A stretch of 64,000 bases of DNA from Candidatus Onthousia faecavium (lineage in GTDB: Bacteria > Bacillota_I > Bacilli_A > RF39 > UBA660): assembly GCA_018711135.1 (NCBI GenBank), contig DVIS01000019.1:2533-66532 (forward strand), written 5' to 3'. Under the pieces are notes generated by a model that ran no database searches, was not told the origin of the DNA, and saw nothing but the letters and a program-made list of their open reading frames with translations. Of the stretch, positions 29,801-38,172 are shown one piece after another. Numbering within the stretch: position 1 is the stretch's first letter; each line of letters starts with the position of its first letter. Position numbers and translations under genes: made by a program.

Positions 29801-30304
29801 AAAAAAGTTAAGAAATGGAACTCTACCTTTAATAGCAGAAAGATGAGCTACTCCAGTTAAGTCCATTACCTCTTGAACAGAAGAAGATGCCAAAATAGCA
29901 AAACCTGTGGCACGAGTAGCATAAATATCTTGATGATCACCAAAAATAGATAAAGCATGCGTAGCTAAACTTCTAGCAGCAACATTTATAACACAAGGTA
30001 ATAATTCACCTGCAATTTTATACATATTAGGAATCATTAGTAAAAGGCCTTGACTAGCTGTATATGTTGTAGTTAGACATCCAGCTTGTAAAGAACCATG
30101 AACCATACCTGCTGCGCCAGCTTCACTTTCCATTTCCACTACTTTAACAGGTTGATTAAAGTAATTGAGTTTCCCTTCATTTGCCCATTTATCAGTTAAT
30201 TCAGCCATAGGTGAAGCCGGTGTTATAGGATAAATTCCTGCTACCTCAGTAAAATTATAAGACACATAACTACAAGCTTCATTACCATCCATTATTTTTT
30301 TCAT
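26855..30304 (-). CDS. nifJ: Pyruvate:ferredoxin (flavodoxin) oxidoreductase
   Basis: 1149-aa single-chain PFOR with the N-terminal MDGNEA..YPITPASPM, two 4Fe-4S ferredoxin motifs (CISCNLCSLVCPH, CTGCGLCANICPG) and a TPP-binding GGDGWAYDIG. Confidence 0.9.
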   Translation of the reverse strand: MKKIMDGNEACSYVSYNFTEVAGIYPITPASPMAELTDKWANEGKLNYFNQPVKVVEMESEAGAAGMVHGSLQAGCLTTTYTASQGLLLMIPNMYKIAGELLPCVINVAARSLATHALSIFGDHQDIYATRATGFAILASSSVQEVMDLTGVAHLSAIKGRVPFLNFFDGFRTSHELQKIDVIDTEKLKKLVDKKALDAFRKRSLHPDNKVTRGTSENDDIYFQATEVRNKYYLELPDIVNDYMQKINKITGKNYAPFNYYGSRTATKVIVAMGSVCETIKETVDYLNDNGENVGVLEVHLYRPFSREYFLKSIPKTVRMIAVLDRTKEAGSTGEPLFLDVANIIKTINKDIKVVGGRYGLSSKNTTPAMIKAIYEHLDTINHNFTIGIDDDVTNLSIPYDKDFTLPHKNQTSFLVYGYGSDGMVSACKDLMKITGDATDAYVQGYFQYDSKKSGGVTLSHLRFSKAPIRSTYYVSKAKLLVCTMDSYLPKFRFLDKVKKNGVFLLNSNKKDEEIIALISPKDRKYLLDNNIKIYIVDANKVAKKEGLGNKISAIIEALIFKFGHILDSDFAINKMKDNLKIRFKLKGNDLANKNIKAIDNAINNTRLLKLEPEVDDYVDINEISSSLFDIIDKREGDTLPVSAFLARPDGTVEGGLSRLEKRDISEIVPKFIKENCISCNLCSLVCPHAVIRPFLLNKDEIEKAPSSLEEKLLDSNLGNDLKFTIAVSYKDCTGCGLCANICPGKKGVKALELVSKDKIMTDITLKETEYLFNEVTEKDVMSINTVKGSQFKTPHFEFSGACAGCGETPYLKLLTQLFGERLVIANATGCSSIYGASSPSTPYSVPWANSLFEDNAEFGYGMKIADEVKKQQLKNIINENISKVDEEEKDIYLDYVKDININTAKALLSVIPHTKIKPLKSLKRYIMPISLWAVGGDGWAYDIGYNGIDHVLNSGENVNILVLDTEVYSNTGGQASKSSKLGAVCKFASNGKKTAKKDLLKIALTNPNVYVGAISMGANPASCVKVLLEAEEYNGPSIIVAYAPCIAWGILKGMNNSINEEKFATSSGYFPIFHYNPLTKEFKMDAKSDFSKYQEYLNSEDRFKSLNIINKDEADTLLKENEENAKERYNYYQSLEEKNKIKSSNHMT

Positions 30305-30395
30305 ATTGTCCCTCTTTTCTATCGTTTAAAATAATTATATAATAAATTTATTTTTTTATCTATTAATTTAGAGAAAAATATGCTACAATGTATAC

Positions 30396-30505
30396 ATGAA
30401 GATTTTCTTCATAAATTAAAAATGAATACATCTATCAGAATAGATGCTTTCAAAATGTTTTTGCTAACATCTAATTCCTATAGGAATTAGATGTCTTATT
30501 TATTG
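30396..30505 (+). ncRNA. Candidate antisense RNA convergent with small-peptide gene 2
   Basis: Extended -10 TGcTACAAT (30381-30389). Three hairpins follow: ATGAAGA/TCTTCAT, CATCTAT/ATAGATG, and a perfect 12-bp ACATCTAATTCC-TATA-GGAATTAGATGT at 30467-30494, then CTTATTTATT. The RNA overlaps the stop codon and 3' UTR of the minus-strand peptide gene. Confidence 0.35.
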
Positions 30506-30576
30506 TAAATCAAAGAGATTACTATAAATAATAATAGGAGGATTATAAAATATAATGAGGTTTCTCTTTTATTCAT
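30496..30576 (-). CDS. 26-aa hydrophobic peptide, type-I-toxin-like (not in the ORF track)
   Basis: My translation is MNKRETSLYFIILLLLFIVISLIYNK. The SD GAAAGGAGAAGG lies upstream. The 5' UTR hairpin CTTTCTATA/TATAGAAAG (30587-30615) occludes part of the SD. There is an extended -10 TGtTATACT (30647-30655). It aligns position-for-position with the peptide at 25659-25751. Confidence 0.55.
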   Translation of the reverse strand: MNKRETSLYFIILLLLFIVISLIYNK

Positions 30577-30651
30577 AGTCCTTCTCCTTTCTATAATTTT
30601 AAAAGCTATAGAAAGCACCTAATTCCAAATAAATGTATTCATAAAGAGTAT

Positions 30652-30682
30652 AACATAAAGCCCGTAACTATAATAGTACGGG
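30652..30682 (-). terminator. Terminator candidate after the 356-aa ORF
   Basis: Minus strand CCCGTA-CTATTATAGT-TACGGG followed by CTTTATGTT. The stem is short and the U tract is imperfect. Confidence 0.35.
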
Positions 30683-30690
30683 TTTTCGTA

Positions 30691-31761
30691 TTATGTAAGG
30701 GGATTTATCCCTTTCATTTCTATTATCTTTTTATTAACTTTAGGATTAGCAGTTAAACAGTTATAGAAAACAGCATCATTTTCACTTTTAAAATACCCAC
30801 TATTTACTCTTCTATCTTCTCTAGACATATTATATACAGCTTTAGATAAAGATGTAAGCGCTAAATCATCAGAAGCTGTAGACACTAATTCAGGTATCTT
30901 TTTACCTGATAGAATTAATATTTCATATTTTGCTGTCAATAGTTCTTCTTTTAACAAATCTTTAAATCTAGTATCACTAGAAGCAATTTCTTGATATTCT
31001 AAGGAAAGTTTAGCAAGTAATTCAGTAGTTTTTTCTTCATCTAAATATTTAGGATTATCAACTCTTGTTTTTCCATCTTCTAAAATACCATTATCTAACA
31101 TATGGGCTCTTTTTATTTGTAAGTTTAAAGCAAATAATTCTTGTTCATCATCAAAATCAGTAGCACTTTTATATTTTTCTTGCTCCTCCTTTAAAATTGT
31201 TAAAAGTGGCAAATCACCTTTAGTAACATCTTTAAGAATTAGATGTTGAGCTGTCGCTATTTCTTTTAATAATTCTAAATCTTGTTCTTGCAAATTGTAT
31301 TTTTTTGTTTCTAAATTACAACATACACATTTTAAATTATTATCATCCAAGATAAATTGATGACTGCATGATCCTTTTTCATCTCTTGTCTTTTTAAATC
31401 TTATTTGTTCAAACAAGATCTTTCTTAAAGCTTTCTCTTTTTTATCTATTGAATTTGTTAAGTCTTTATACCCTTTCAAATCAAAATTAGTAGTATAAAG
31501 CTTATCAATTATAGTCTCAATTCTAAATAAATCTGCTCCTTTTCTATTTTTCTCAATCTCTAACAAATCTATTAAATAAATTTTTTCTTGTAAAGTTAGT
31601 TCCATCGTAGAACCTTTTTCCTGCTGCAGCATTCTTGCTCTTGCTTGCTTTAAATCAGAAATTTCTTCTTTTAAATTAAAATATTCCTGTTTTACTTTCT
31701 CAAAAGTTGTTTTATGACCATGATATGACCTTAAAGTAATAAAATCATCTAATAATTCCAT
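30691..31761 (-). CDS. Hypothetical coiled-coil protein with a CxxxxxxxxxxxxCxCC zinc-ribbon-like patch
   Basis: 356 aa, K/E/L-rich, with the motif CSHQFILDDNNLKCVCCNL. No family recognised. Confidence 0.5.
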   Translation of the reverse strand: MELLDDFITLRSYHGHKTTFEKVKQEYFNLKEEISDLKQARARMLQQEKGSTMELTLQEKIYLIDLLEIEKNRKGADLFRIETIIDKLYTTNFDLKGYKDLTNSIDKKEKALRKILFEQIRFKKTRDEKGSCSHQFILDDNNLKCVCCNLETKKYNLQEQDLELLKEIATAQHLILKDVTKGDLPLLTILKEEQEKYKSATDFDDEQELFALNLQIKRAHMLDNGILEDGKTRVDNPKYLDEEKTTELLAKLSLEYQEIASSDTRFKDLLKEELLTAKYEILILSGKKIPELVSTASDDLALTSLSKAVYNMSREDRRVNSGYFKSENDAVFYNCLTANPKVNKKIIEMKGINPLT

Positions 31762-31899
31762 AAATACCTCTCTTTCACCTCAATTATATAACAGAAAGAT
31801 AATATATGACAATTTAAATTATTTAATGAATTTTCGTATATTTCTTACCATATTAAATAATTAGGGGTATAATTAAAGTAATAGAAAAGGAGGCCCAAA

Positions 31900-32550
31900 A
31901 TGAGAAAAATAACTATCCCTAAATATAGTTTAGGAGAAGAAATAATTAATGCTATATCACATGGTTTAGGCGTTTTATTAGGTATAACTGCTCTTATTTT
32001 AACTATTATCTTTGCTGCTAAAAATAATAATACTATTGGTATTGTATCTGCTTGTATTTATGGCTCTACAATGATAATTATGTATTTAATGAGTTGTTTA
32101 TATCATTCTCTAAGTCCTAGATTAAAAGCCAAAAAAGTATTTAGGGTTATTGATCACTGTGATATTTATATTTTTATAGCAGGATGTTATACGCCTTACT
32201 GTTTAAGTCTAATCAAAGGTACAGAAGGTATAATCATCTTTATTATTATCTGGCTTAGTGCTATTATTGGCGTTTTATTAAATGCAATTAATCTTGAAAA
32301 GTTTCAAATACCATCAACGGCTATGTACTTAATAATGGGCTGGTTAATTATCTTTTCTTATAACGATATTAAAAGTCTTTTACCAAGTACAGGTCTAAAT
32401 CTTTTAATCGGTGGCGGTGTTATTTATACAATTGGAGCGATACTATATGGAATAGGTTCTAAAAGAAAATATTTTCACTCCGTCTTTCATTTTTTTGTCT
32501 TAGCAGGATCAGTCTTTCACTTTTTTAGTATTTTATTATATGTTATGTAA
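31900..32550 (+). CDS. Hemolysin III / PAQR family membrane protein
   Basis: 7 TM helices with the motifs EEIINAISHG, YHSL, DHCDIY and HSVFHFFVLAGSVFHF. Confidence 0.8.
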   Translation: MRKITIPKYSLGEEIINAISHGLGVLLGITALILTIIFAAKNNNTIGIVSACIYGSTMIIMYLMSCLYHSLSPRLKAKKVFRVIDHCDIYIFIAGCYTPYCLSLIKGTEGIIIFIIIWLSAIIGVLLNAINLEKFQIPSTAMYLIMGWLIIFSYNDIKSLLPSTGLNLLIGGGVIYTIGAILYGIGSKRKYFHSVFHFFVLAGSVFHFFSILLYVM

Positions 32551-33832
32551 AGACTAATCTTCTTAAATAGTCAACGCTAGTATTATTAAAAAACGTATAG
32601 CGAGGTATTTTATAGGGATCAATTCCTGGTTTTATTTTAGTACCTCCCCCTATAAAGGCCATTTCAAATCCTGCTTCTTTCACTAAGTTAATAGAATAAT
32701 CACTATATTCAAAGAAAGGAAAACAGAAAGCTTTAGTATTATTTAATGTTGCTCTACTATTTTTTAAATCAGTTAAAATTGTCTCTTCATCTAAACAGTT
32801 AATGCCTCCACCTTGACCAGTTGGACAAACACCTGTTGTGTGCATATCATGAGTATGACTTGCTATTTCTAAATATGGAGATGAAAACTTACTAACGGGA
32901 TACCAAGAACTAACTAAAAATAAAGTTGCATTTAACTGATATTTCTCTAAGAAAGGAATAAAGTTTTCCGCTCTTGCACCATCATCTATCGTAATTAAAA
33001 TAGATTTTTTTGGTAACCTTATTTCTTCTTTTATAAAACTTAAAACCTCATCTGTATTTAAAGTAAAGACATCATTGTCATGTAAAAACTTGAAATGACT
33101 ATCTATCTGCTCTTCACTATGACAAATAGTCTCATTACAAGAAGGATCACCATTTAAATAAATAAAGTGATATAAAATAGCAGGTAGCTCTTTAGCAATT
33201 AAATCTATATTAGTATCTTCTAATTCAGTTGTCGTATTAACACTTTCTTTTTTTACATAAACTAGATTAGATAATAACTTAATTCCATAATAATTTTCAT
33301 TATTAATAATAACTTTAGCAGTAATAGGATTATCAAGACTAAAGAGTTCATTACCGTTTTTATCATAGAATATAGTATTACTGTCAGTCGTAATTTCTAA
33401 AGGAAACTCTAAATAATTTAAATATCTCTTATCATTAGAAATGTCAGTCTTTTCAACATCATCATAAGAAAGATAGTAATCAGTATCTAATATTTTAAAG
33501 TATTCATTTTCTAAACTAGGATTTGCTATTTGTTCTAACTCAACAATTACATCTTTATTTATAGAACCTGCTGCTATATAACTATCATTATCTTTTCTAT
33601 ATATTGTAGCATTATCTGAGACTTTGACAGTACTATTATAATTATTCTTAATCCCTGCAAGCTTTTCTTCCCTCGCCGTTAATTCTTGACGTCTATTTAT
33701 AATATCAAGAGTTTGTTCTTCCCGCGTCTTTAAATCAGTTATAATATAAGCGCCACAAAGAATAGTTATAACAACACCTATAAGTACAATCATGCTTATT
33801 ACTTTAAAATTTATCCTCATCAACACCACCAT
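32543..33832 (-). CDS. Membrane-anchored polysaccharide deacetylase (NodB homology domain)
   Basis: An N-terminal TM helix, with C-terminal TIDDGARAENF, LFLVSSW and ASHTHDMH motifs. The true start is possibly ATG 33820. Confidence 0.75.
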   Translation of the reverse strand: MVVLMRINFKVISMIVLIGVVITILCGAYIITDLKTREEQTLDIINRRQELTAREEKLAGIKNNYNSTVKVSDNATIYRKDNDSYIAAGSINKDVIVELEQIANPSLENEYFKILDTDYYLSYDDVEKTDISNDKRYLNYLEFPLEITTDSNTIFYDKNGNELFSLDNPITAKVIINNENYYGIKLLSNLVYVKKESVNTTTELEDTNIDLIAKELPAILYHFIYLNGDPSCNETICHSEEQIDSHFKFLHDNDVFTLNTDEVLSFIKEEIRLPKKSILITIDDGARAENFIPFLEKYQLNATLFLVSSWYPVSKFSSPYLEIASHTHDMHTTGVCPTGQGGGINCLDEETILTDLKNSRATLNNTKAFCFPFFEYSDYSINLVKEAGFEMAFIGGGTKIKPGIDPYKIPRYTFFNNTSVDYLRRLVFT

Positions 33833-33939
33833 ACTTTATATAATCATACCCTAATATGATTATTTTTTAAAGTAGATTTTGAAGACAAAATAGAACATAT
33901 TCCAAATTTAGTAAACATATACTTAATTAAGGTGATGTC

Positions 33940-34539
33940 ATGGATTCTTATATAACCTCATTAATGGTCAATTTAGGCTATTTAGGGATGTTTTTAGGCA
34001 TGGTTCTTGAGGCAGTAATAATTATTATTCCTAGTGAGTTAATATTAGCGACAGCAGGAATACTTGCAGGACAAGGAATATTTTCTTTTTCTTTAGCGTT
34101 CTTAATAGGAATATTAGGTAGTGTTTTTTGTGCAATTGTTATTTATGCAATGGGATATTTTGGAGGAAGAAAGTTTATTCAAACTTATGGTAAGTTCTTT
34201 TTTATGAAAGAAGAAGATATTGATAAATGTGATAGATGGTTTAATAAGTATGGGCTAGTAGCAGCTTTTATTGGAAGAAATTTTCCTATTATTAGAACCC
34301 TTATTTCCCTACCAATGGGAGTTAGTAAAGTACCGTTTATTAAGTTTGTAATTTATACAACTTTAGGTAGTATTCCTTGGACTTTTGCTTTTGTTTATGT
34401 CGGCTATGCTTTAGGTAATAACTGGATTATCTTAGATAATTTTGTTAAAAAATTAAAAGTACCTATTTATATATTATTAGGAGTATTAGTTATTACATAT
34501 TTATATAAGAAGCTAAAAGAGAAGAAGATGTCGAAATAA
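33940..34539 (+). CDS. DedA family membrane protein
   Basis: 199 aa with the motifs PSELILATAG, KYGLVAAFIGRNFPIIRTLISLPMG. Confidence 0.8.
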   Translation: MDSYITSLMVNLGYLGMFLGMVLEAVIIIIPSELILATAGILAGQGIFSFSLAFLIGILGSVFCAIVIYAMGYFGGRKFIQTYGKFFFMKEEDIDKCDRWFNKYGLVAAFIGRNFPIIRTLISLPMGVSKVPFIKFVIYTTLGSIPWTFAFVYVGYALGNNWIILDNFVKKLKVPIYILLGVLVITYLYKKLKEKKMSK

Positions 34540-34542
34540 AGA

Positions 34543-36132
34543 TTACTGTACTGTGTATGGATTATCCATAGTTCCAGAACCACTTAAGATAACATCACTA
34601 TTTAAATTGATAACGGGCCTTATTCCATCTGAATTCAATTGGGTACTAAAAATGAAAATAATATGCAAGGCATCTAATTGATCCCAAATAGTAGGAACAT
34701 TATTACGGAAATCCGCAGGAGTCATGGTATAGTACCTGAAATTATCAACACTAAGATAACTATCACTTGTAACCTCCAAATTCTCTCCTGAAAAGATTAA
34801 CTCATCGACTGTTATTAAACCAGCTTTAAGTTTATAACTACCACCATAACTTTCATTAGTATTAGGGCATATTAAAGTTGGAGAAATGTCTTCACCCTTC
34901 CCATCAACAAGTTGATGAATTCTATCATAACTACTAAAGCCCATATAATCTCTATTTATACCATAGTCTTTAACAGCAGTATAACCACTACTATCACTAC
35001 AAAATCTTCCTTCTATTACTTTATCATCATAAGCATTATTTTTTCCTAAAGTATTGTTATACCAGGTATCGACTTCTTTTTTAATAAAACTATCTACACC
35101 ATTATCATAGGTATATCCTGTATATTTTGGATCATCATAGATTAAGTTATAAGGAGCAAATCCTATTATATATGAGGTAGCTAAGTCATTGTCATTAATA
35201 CTTGTATTTGTCCCATTATAAATTAATCTTAGGCTACCATCACCATTTACTCTTACTATTTTCAAGTACATATCATCCCCACTAGATGCTAACTTTATTT
35301 TATTACTTTCAGTACAATTAGAATTATATTCTTGACAACTCTCTAAACTTTGAAAATAACTATCATAATAATTATAGACATAATAATCTTCATCATATTT
35401 ACCAAATTTAATATTATTGTTGTCTATACTACCACGGAAATAATAACTTACTCCATCTTCATCGATGGCTTTGTATACTCCAGGTGTTATATAATTTGGA
35501 TCAACGGTATCTGCGCCAAATTTCATACCGTTACTTGCATAATTAAACATATTATCTTTTGATACTTGAACTTTATTATCCACTAATATCTTATCTAAAG
35601 TACTAGCATTATACTTTACAAATAAATGGCCATTACTAGGTAGATTTAAATCATTATAATCTAGTCCCACACCTACTCCTAAAGGAATAGTAATTTCATT
35701 GTCACTAGTATTTCTTACTTTTATCTTATAAGTATTGCTACTACTAATTGTCCCTTGTTTTTCTAGATTAATTCCTGGTTCTTCTGGAGGAGTATTAAAA
35801 TTAGCTTCTTCAAGGTAACCAAGTTCAATCTCAGAAGATAAATCACCTATATAATAAAAGTTAAATCTTGCTATTCTACTATTAGGATTAGATAATGTAA
35901 TAATAAATTCTTTAATACTATTGGCAGGAACTACAAGACTTTCAGTACTAACATTATCTACTTTTAAGTCATAACTTAGTGTTCCTGTGACAATACTTAT
36001 GGCATTACTCTTTTCTTTTGTTACTGTAAACATTGCATAAGAAAAGTAACTTGTTAATAGTAGCAAAGTTATTAATATTACACTTATTATATATATTTTT
36101 GATATCTTAGTATTCAATAATATTCTTTTCAT
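34543..36132 (-). CDS. P-family paralog, type B: TasA-like N-module plus a DUF6273-like C-module
   Basis: The N-terminal 170 aa are nearly identical to 50248-52023 (MKRILLNTKISKIYIISVILITLLLLTSYFSYAMFTVTKEK.NAISIVTGTLSYDLKVD). The C-terminus (LKIVRVNGDGSLRLIY, AGLITVDEL, IRPVINLNSDVILSGSGTMDNPY) resembles 12655-14493 and 18272-19468. Confidence 0.75.
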   Translation of the reverse strand: MKRILLNTKISKIYIISVILITLLLLTSYFSYAMFTVTKEKSNAISIVTGTLSYDLKVDNVSTESLVVPANSIKEFIITLSNPNSRIARFNFYYIGDLSSEIELGYLEEANFNTPPEEPGINLEKQGTISSSNTYKIKVRNTSDNEITIPLGVGVGLDYNDLNLPSNGHLFVKYNASTLDKILVDNKVQVSKDNMFNYASNGMKFGADTVDPNYITPGVYKAIDEDGVSYYFRGSIDNNNIKFGKYDEDYYVYNYYDSYFQSLESCQEYNSNCTESNKIKLASSGDDMYLKIVRVNGDGSLRLIYNGTNTSINDNDLATSYIIGFAPYNLIYDDPKYTGYTYDNGVDSFIKKEVDTWYNNTLGKNNAYDDKVIEGRFCSDSSGYTAVKDYGINRDYMGFSSYDRIHQLVDGKGEDISPTLICPNTNESYGGSYKLKAGLITVDELIFSGENLEVTSDSYLSVDNFRYYTMTPADFRNNVPTIWDQLDALHIIFIFSTQLNSDGIRPVINLNSDVILSGSGTMDNPYTVQ

Positions 36133-36354
36133 CTTCTACTCCTTATCAATTATCTTGACATTAATTATAGTTTACCCTATTTCTTTAATTTTATGTGCTG
36201 GCTATATAACCAATTTACACCATGAAAAAGAACAGAATACTCCTATCCTGTCCTTATTGTATGATTAAAGAAGGTACTTAAGCTTCTAAAGTACCCCCCC
36301 CCAGGTAACTTGTTGTAAACCGGATGTTCTTGTCATTTCATACCTTCTTTCTAT
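36133..36354 (-). promoter_or_regulatory. P-family 5' leader, copy 1 (core 36225-36354 with G9 at 36294-36302, plus accessory module 36133-36224)
   Basis: The conserved block is shared with four other loci. It has a terminator-like hairpin AAGGACAGGATAGGAGTATTCTGTTCTT followed by T5. The accessory module carries a near-palindrome CTGGCTATATAACCAA and a TATAAT box. Confidence 0.7.
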
Positions 36355-36368
36355 TTTTTATTAACTTA

Positions 36369-36397
36369 ATAGTAACATAATTAATGAATTATTACAA
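36369..36397 (-). promoter_or_regulatory. Sigma-A-type promoter feeding leader copy 1
   Basis: Minus strand TTGTAA (36392-36397), 17 nt ending in TGt, then TACTAT (36369-36374), about 15 nt upstream of the leader core. Confidence 0.45.
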
Positions 36398-36402
36398 TAG
36401 AT

Positions 36403-38172
36403 TTAATTACCGGCATTTAATACAAGACGAAAAGAACCATTATAACGACCTGAACTTATATAATTGTAATAATGAAAAATTCCAGCATCAGTTTTGTCAC
36501 CATAATAACCACCTCTAATAATCCAAGGGTATGCTGAATTGACCATTGTCCATGAATCGTTATACCAATTGTTAGTTTCACTTAAAGCATGGGATAAACA
36601 AATTTTACCAGAACATGCGGTATTAGTATTGTCGCTTGTATATTGATCATAATATTTAGAGTCTATTATAATATTTTCCATACCAATTCCGTTATAATTT
36701 GCCATTATAAATTCCCAGGCTCCACCTGACATATCATAGATTCCATAAATATTTCCAGTTGTTGAAGAGCCAGTACCATTAATATCTATATCATAAGTAT
36801 AATGACAACCATAATCAGTATTACCATTGCTTGGTTCTCCATAACTGCATCCAGTTATATATTGATCACTTTTATTTTGATAAATCTCTTTATTAGCATT
36901 ACTAAAATCGGTATTACCTAGTTTTCCATATCGACTTTGGGATAAGTAGGCTACTGTTGCCCATTCACTATTCTTCATCATATGTGTATCTACACTACTA
37001 CTAAATCCATATCTATTTCCTGCATCATTCATTTTTATTGATACATTAAAAGCATTACTTATACTTATATTTCTCCAACTTATCACATTAGGTTTAATTA
37101 TTGGATCTAAAGTAGTTGTATCTCCTCCTCCATATTCTGCATCAGGATTACTACTACTTGTTTCAAATTTTCCTACCCAGATTCCTGATAGTTCTTCATC
37201 ACCAAAAGTAAAAGCATCTGGGGTATACCAACTATTACTATTCATTCCTTCATTTATATTATATCTAGCAGTTCCCTTTTCTTTGACATTTACTCTAACA
37301 AATTTTATATCTATCTCTCCTGGTAAAGCTTGAGTTGGAGAATTACTCTCACATGCTACTTGTCTACCATAGTAATTTGTTCCATCAATACTTGCTATAG
37401 AATAACTATATCGTGGTATCCATACCCACATAGTCTCTATATCATCCATATTTATTACAGTTCCTACACTAGCACTCTTATAGCTCTCTCTTGTACTACT
37501 GCTGACAGTTACGGCATTGGCCCATTTCTGTTCACTATAGTTATACCAATCATTATCAGTGTTATTTGTATTGGCTTTTACCCAATTGTTATCTACATAT
37601 TTCACAGCTATCATATTAGTATCTAATTCTGGAGTATTTACATTTTGGCCATATTCTAAAAATAAATGTTCATCATTTTCTAAACTTAAATCATTATAAT
37701 CTAGCCCTACACTTACTCCTAAAGTTATTGTCTGTTCCTTATTGCTATCATTATATACTATAATTTTATAAGTTTCACTTGATCCTATTGTTCCTGTTGC
37801 TTCTAAATTTATTCCAGTTGCTTCTGGTGGTTTAATACTTTCACAATCTATAATATAACCAGCTTCTATACTTTGATCTAAATTACCTTTATAATATAAG
37901 TTAAATCTAGCAATTCTATTATTAGGATTAGATAAAGAAACAAGAAATATTTTTTCTTCTTTTGGACCAACTACTAATTTATCTGTACTTACTCCATCTA
38001 CTTTTAAGTCATAACTTAGTGTTCCTGTGACAATACTTATCGCATTACTCTTTTCCTTACTAACAGTAAACATCGCATAAGAAAAGTAGCTTGTTAATAG
38101 CAGTAAAGTAATCAATATTACGCTTATCATATATATTTTTGATATTTTAGTATTTAATAATATTCTCTTCAT
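36403..38172 (-). CDS. P-family paralog, type A: TasA-like N-module plus an FGE-sulfatase/C-type-lectin-like C-module
   Basis: The C-module motifs GIWVGKFETSSS, ISWRNISISNAF, MKNSEWATVAYLSQSRYGK, YGIYDMSGGAWEF, RGGYY and SFRLVL parallel the SUMF1/FGE-sulfatase domain (GxYDMxGNVWEW, RGGSW, GFR). Confidence 0.75.
   Translation of the reverse strand: MKRILLNTKISKIYMISVILITLLLLTSYFSYAMFTVSKEKSNAISIVTGTLSYDLKVDGVSTDKLVVGPKEEKIFLVSLSNPNNRIARFNLYYKGNLDQSIEAGYIIDCESIKPPEATGINLEATGTIGSSETYKIIVYNDSNKEQTITLGVSVGLDYNDLSLENDEHLFLEYGQNVNTPELDTNMIAVKYVDNNWVKANTNNTDNDWYNYSEQKWANAVTVSSSTRESYKSASVGTVINMDDIETMWVWIPRYSYSIASIDGTNYYGRQVACESNSPTQALPGEIDIKFVRVNVKEKGTARYNINEGMNSNSWYTPDAFTFGDEELSGIWVGKFETSSSNPDAEYGGGDTTTLDPIIKPNVISWRNISISNAFNVSIKMNDAGNRYGFSSSVDTHMMKNSEWATVAYLSQSRYGKLGNTDFSNANKEIYQNKSDQYITGCSYGEPSNGNTDYGCHYTYDIDINGTGSSTTGNIYGIYDMSGGAWEFIMANYNGIGMENIIIDSKYYDQYTSDNTNTACSGKICLSHALSETNNWYNDSWTMVNSAYPWIIRGGYYGDKTDAGIFHYYNYISSGRYNGSFRLVLNAGN

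Noticed and set aside
30555-30578. A 7-codon plus-strand mini-ORF (MRFLFYS) after TAGGAGGA in the nifJ upstream gap.
   Set aside because: It is too short, the SD spacing is 13 nt, and the sequence is the antisense of the better-supported 26-aa peptide gene.
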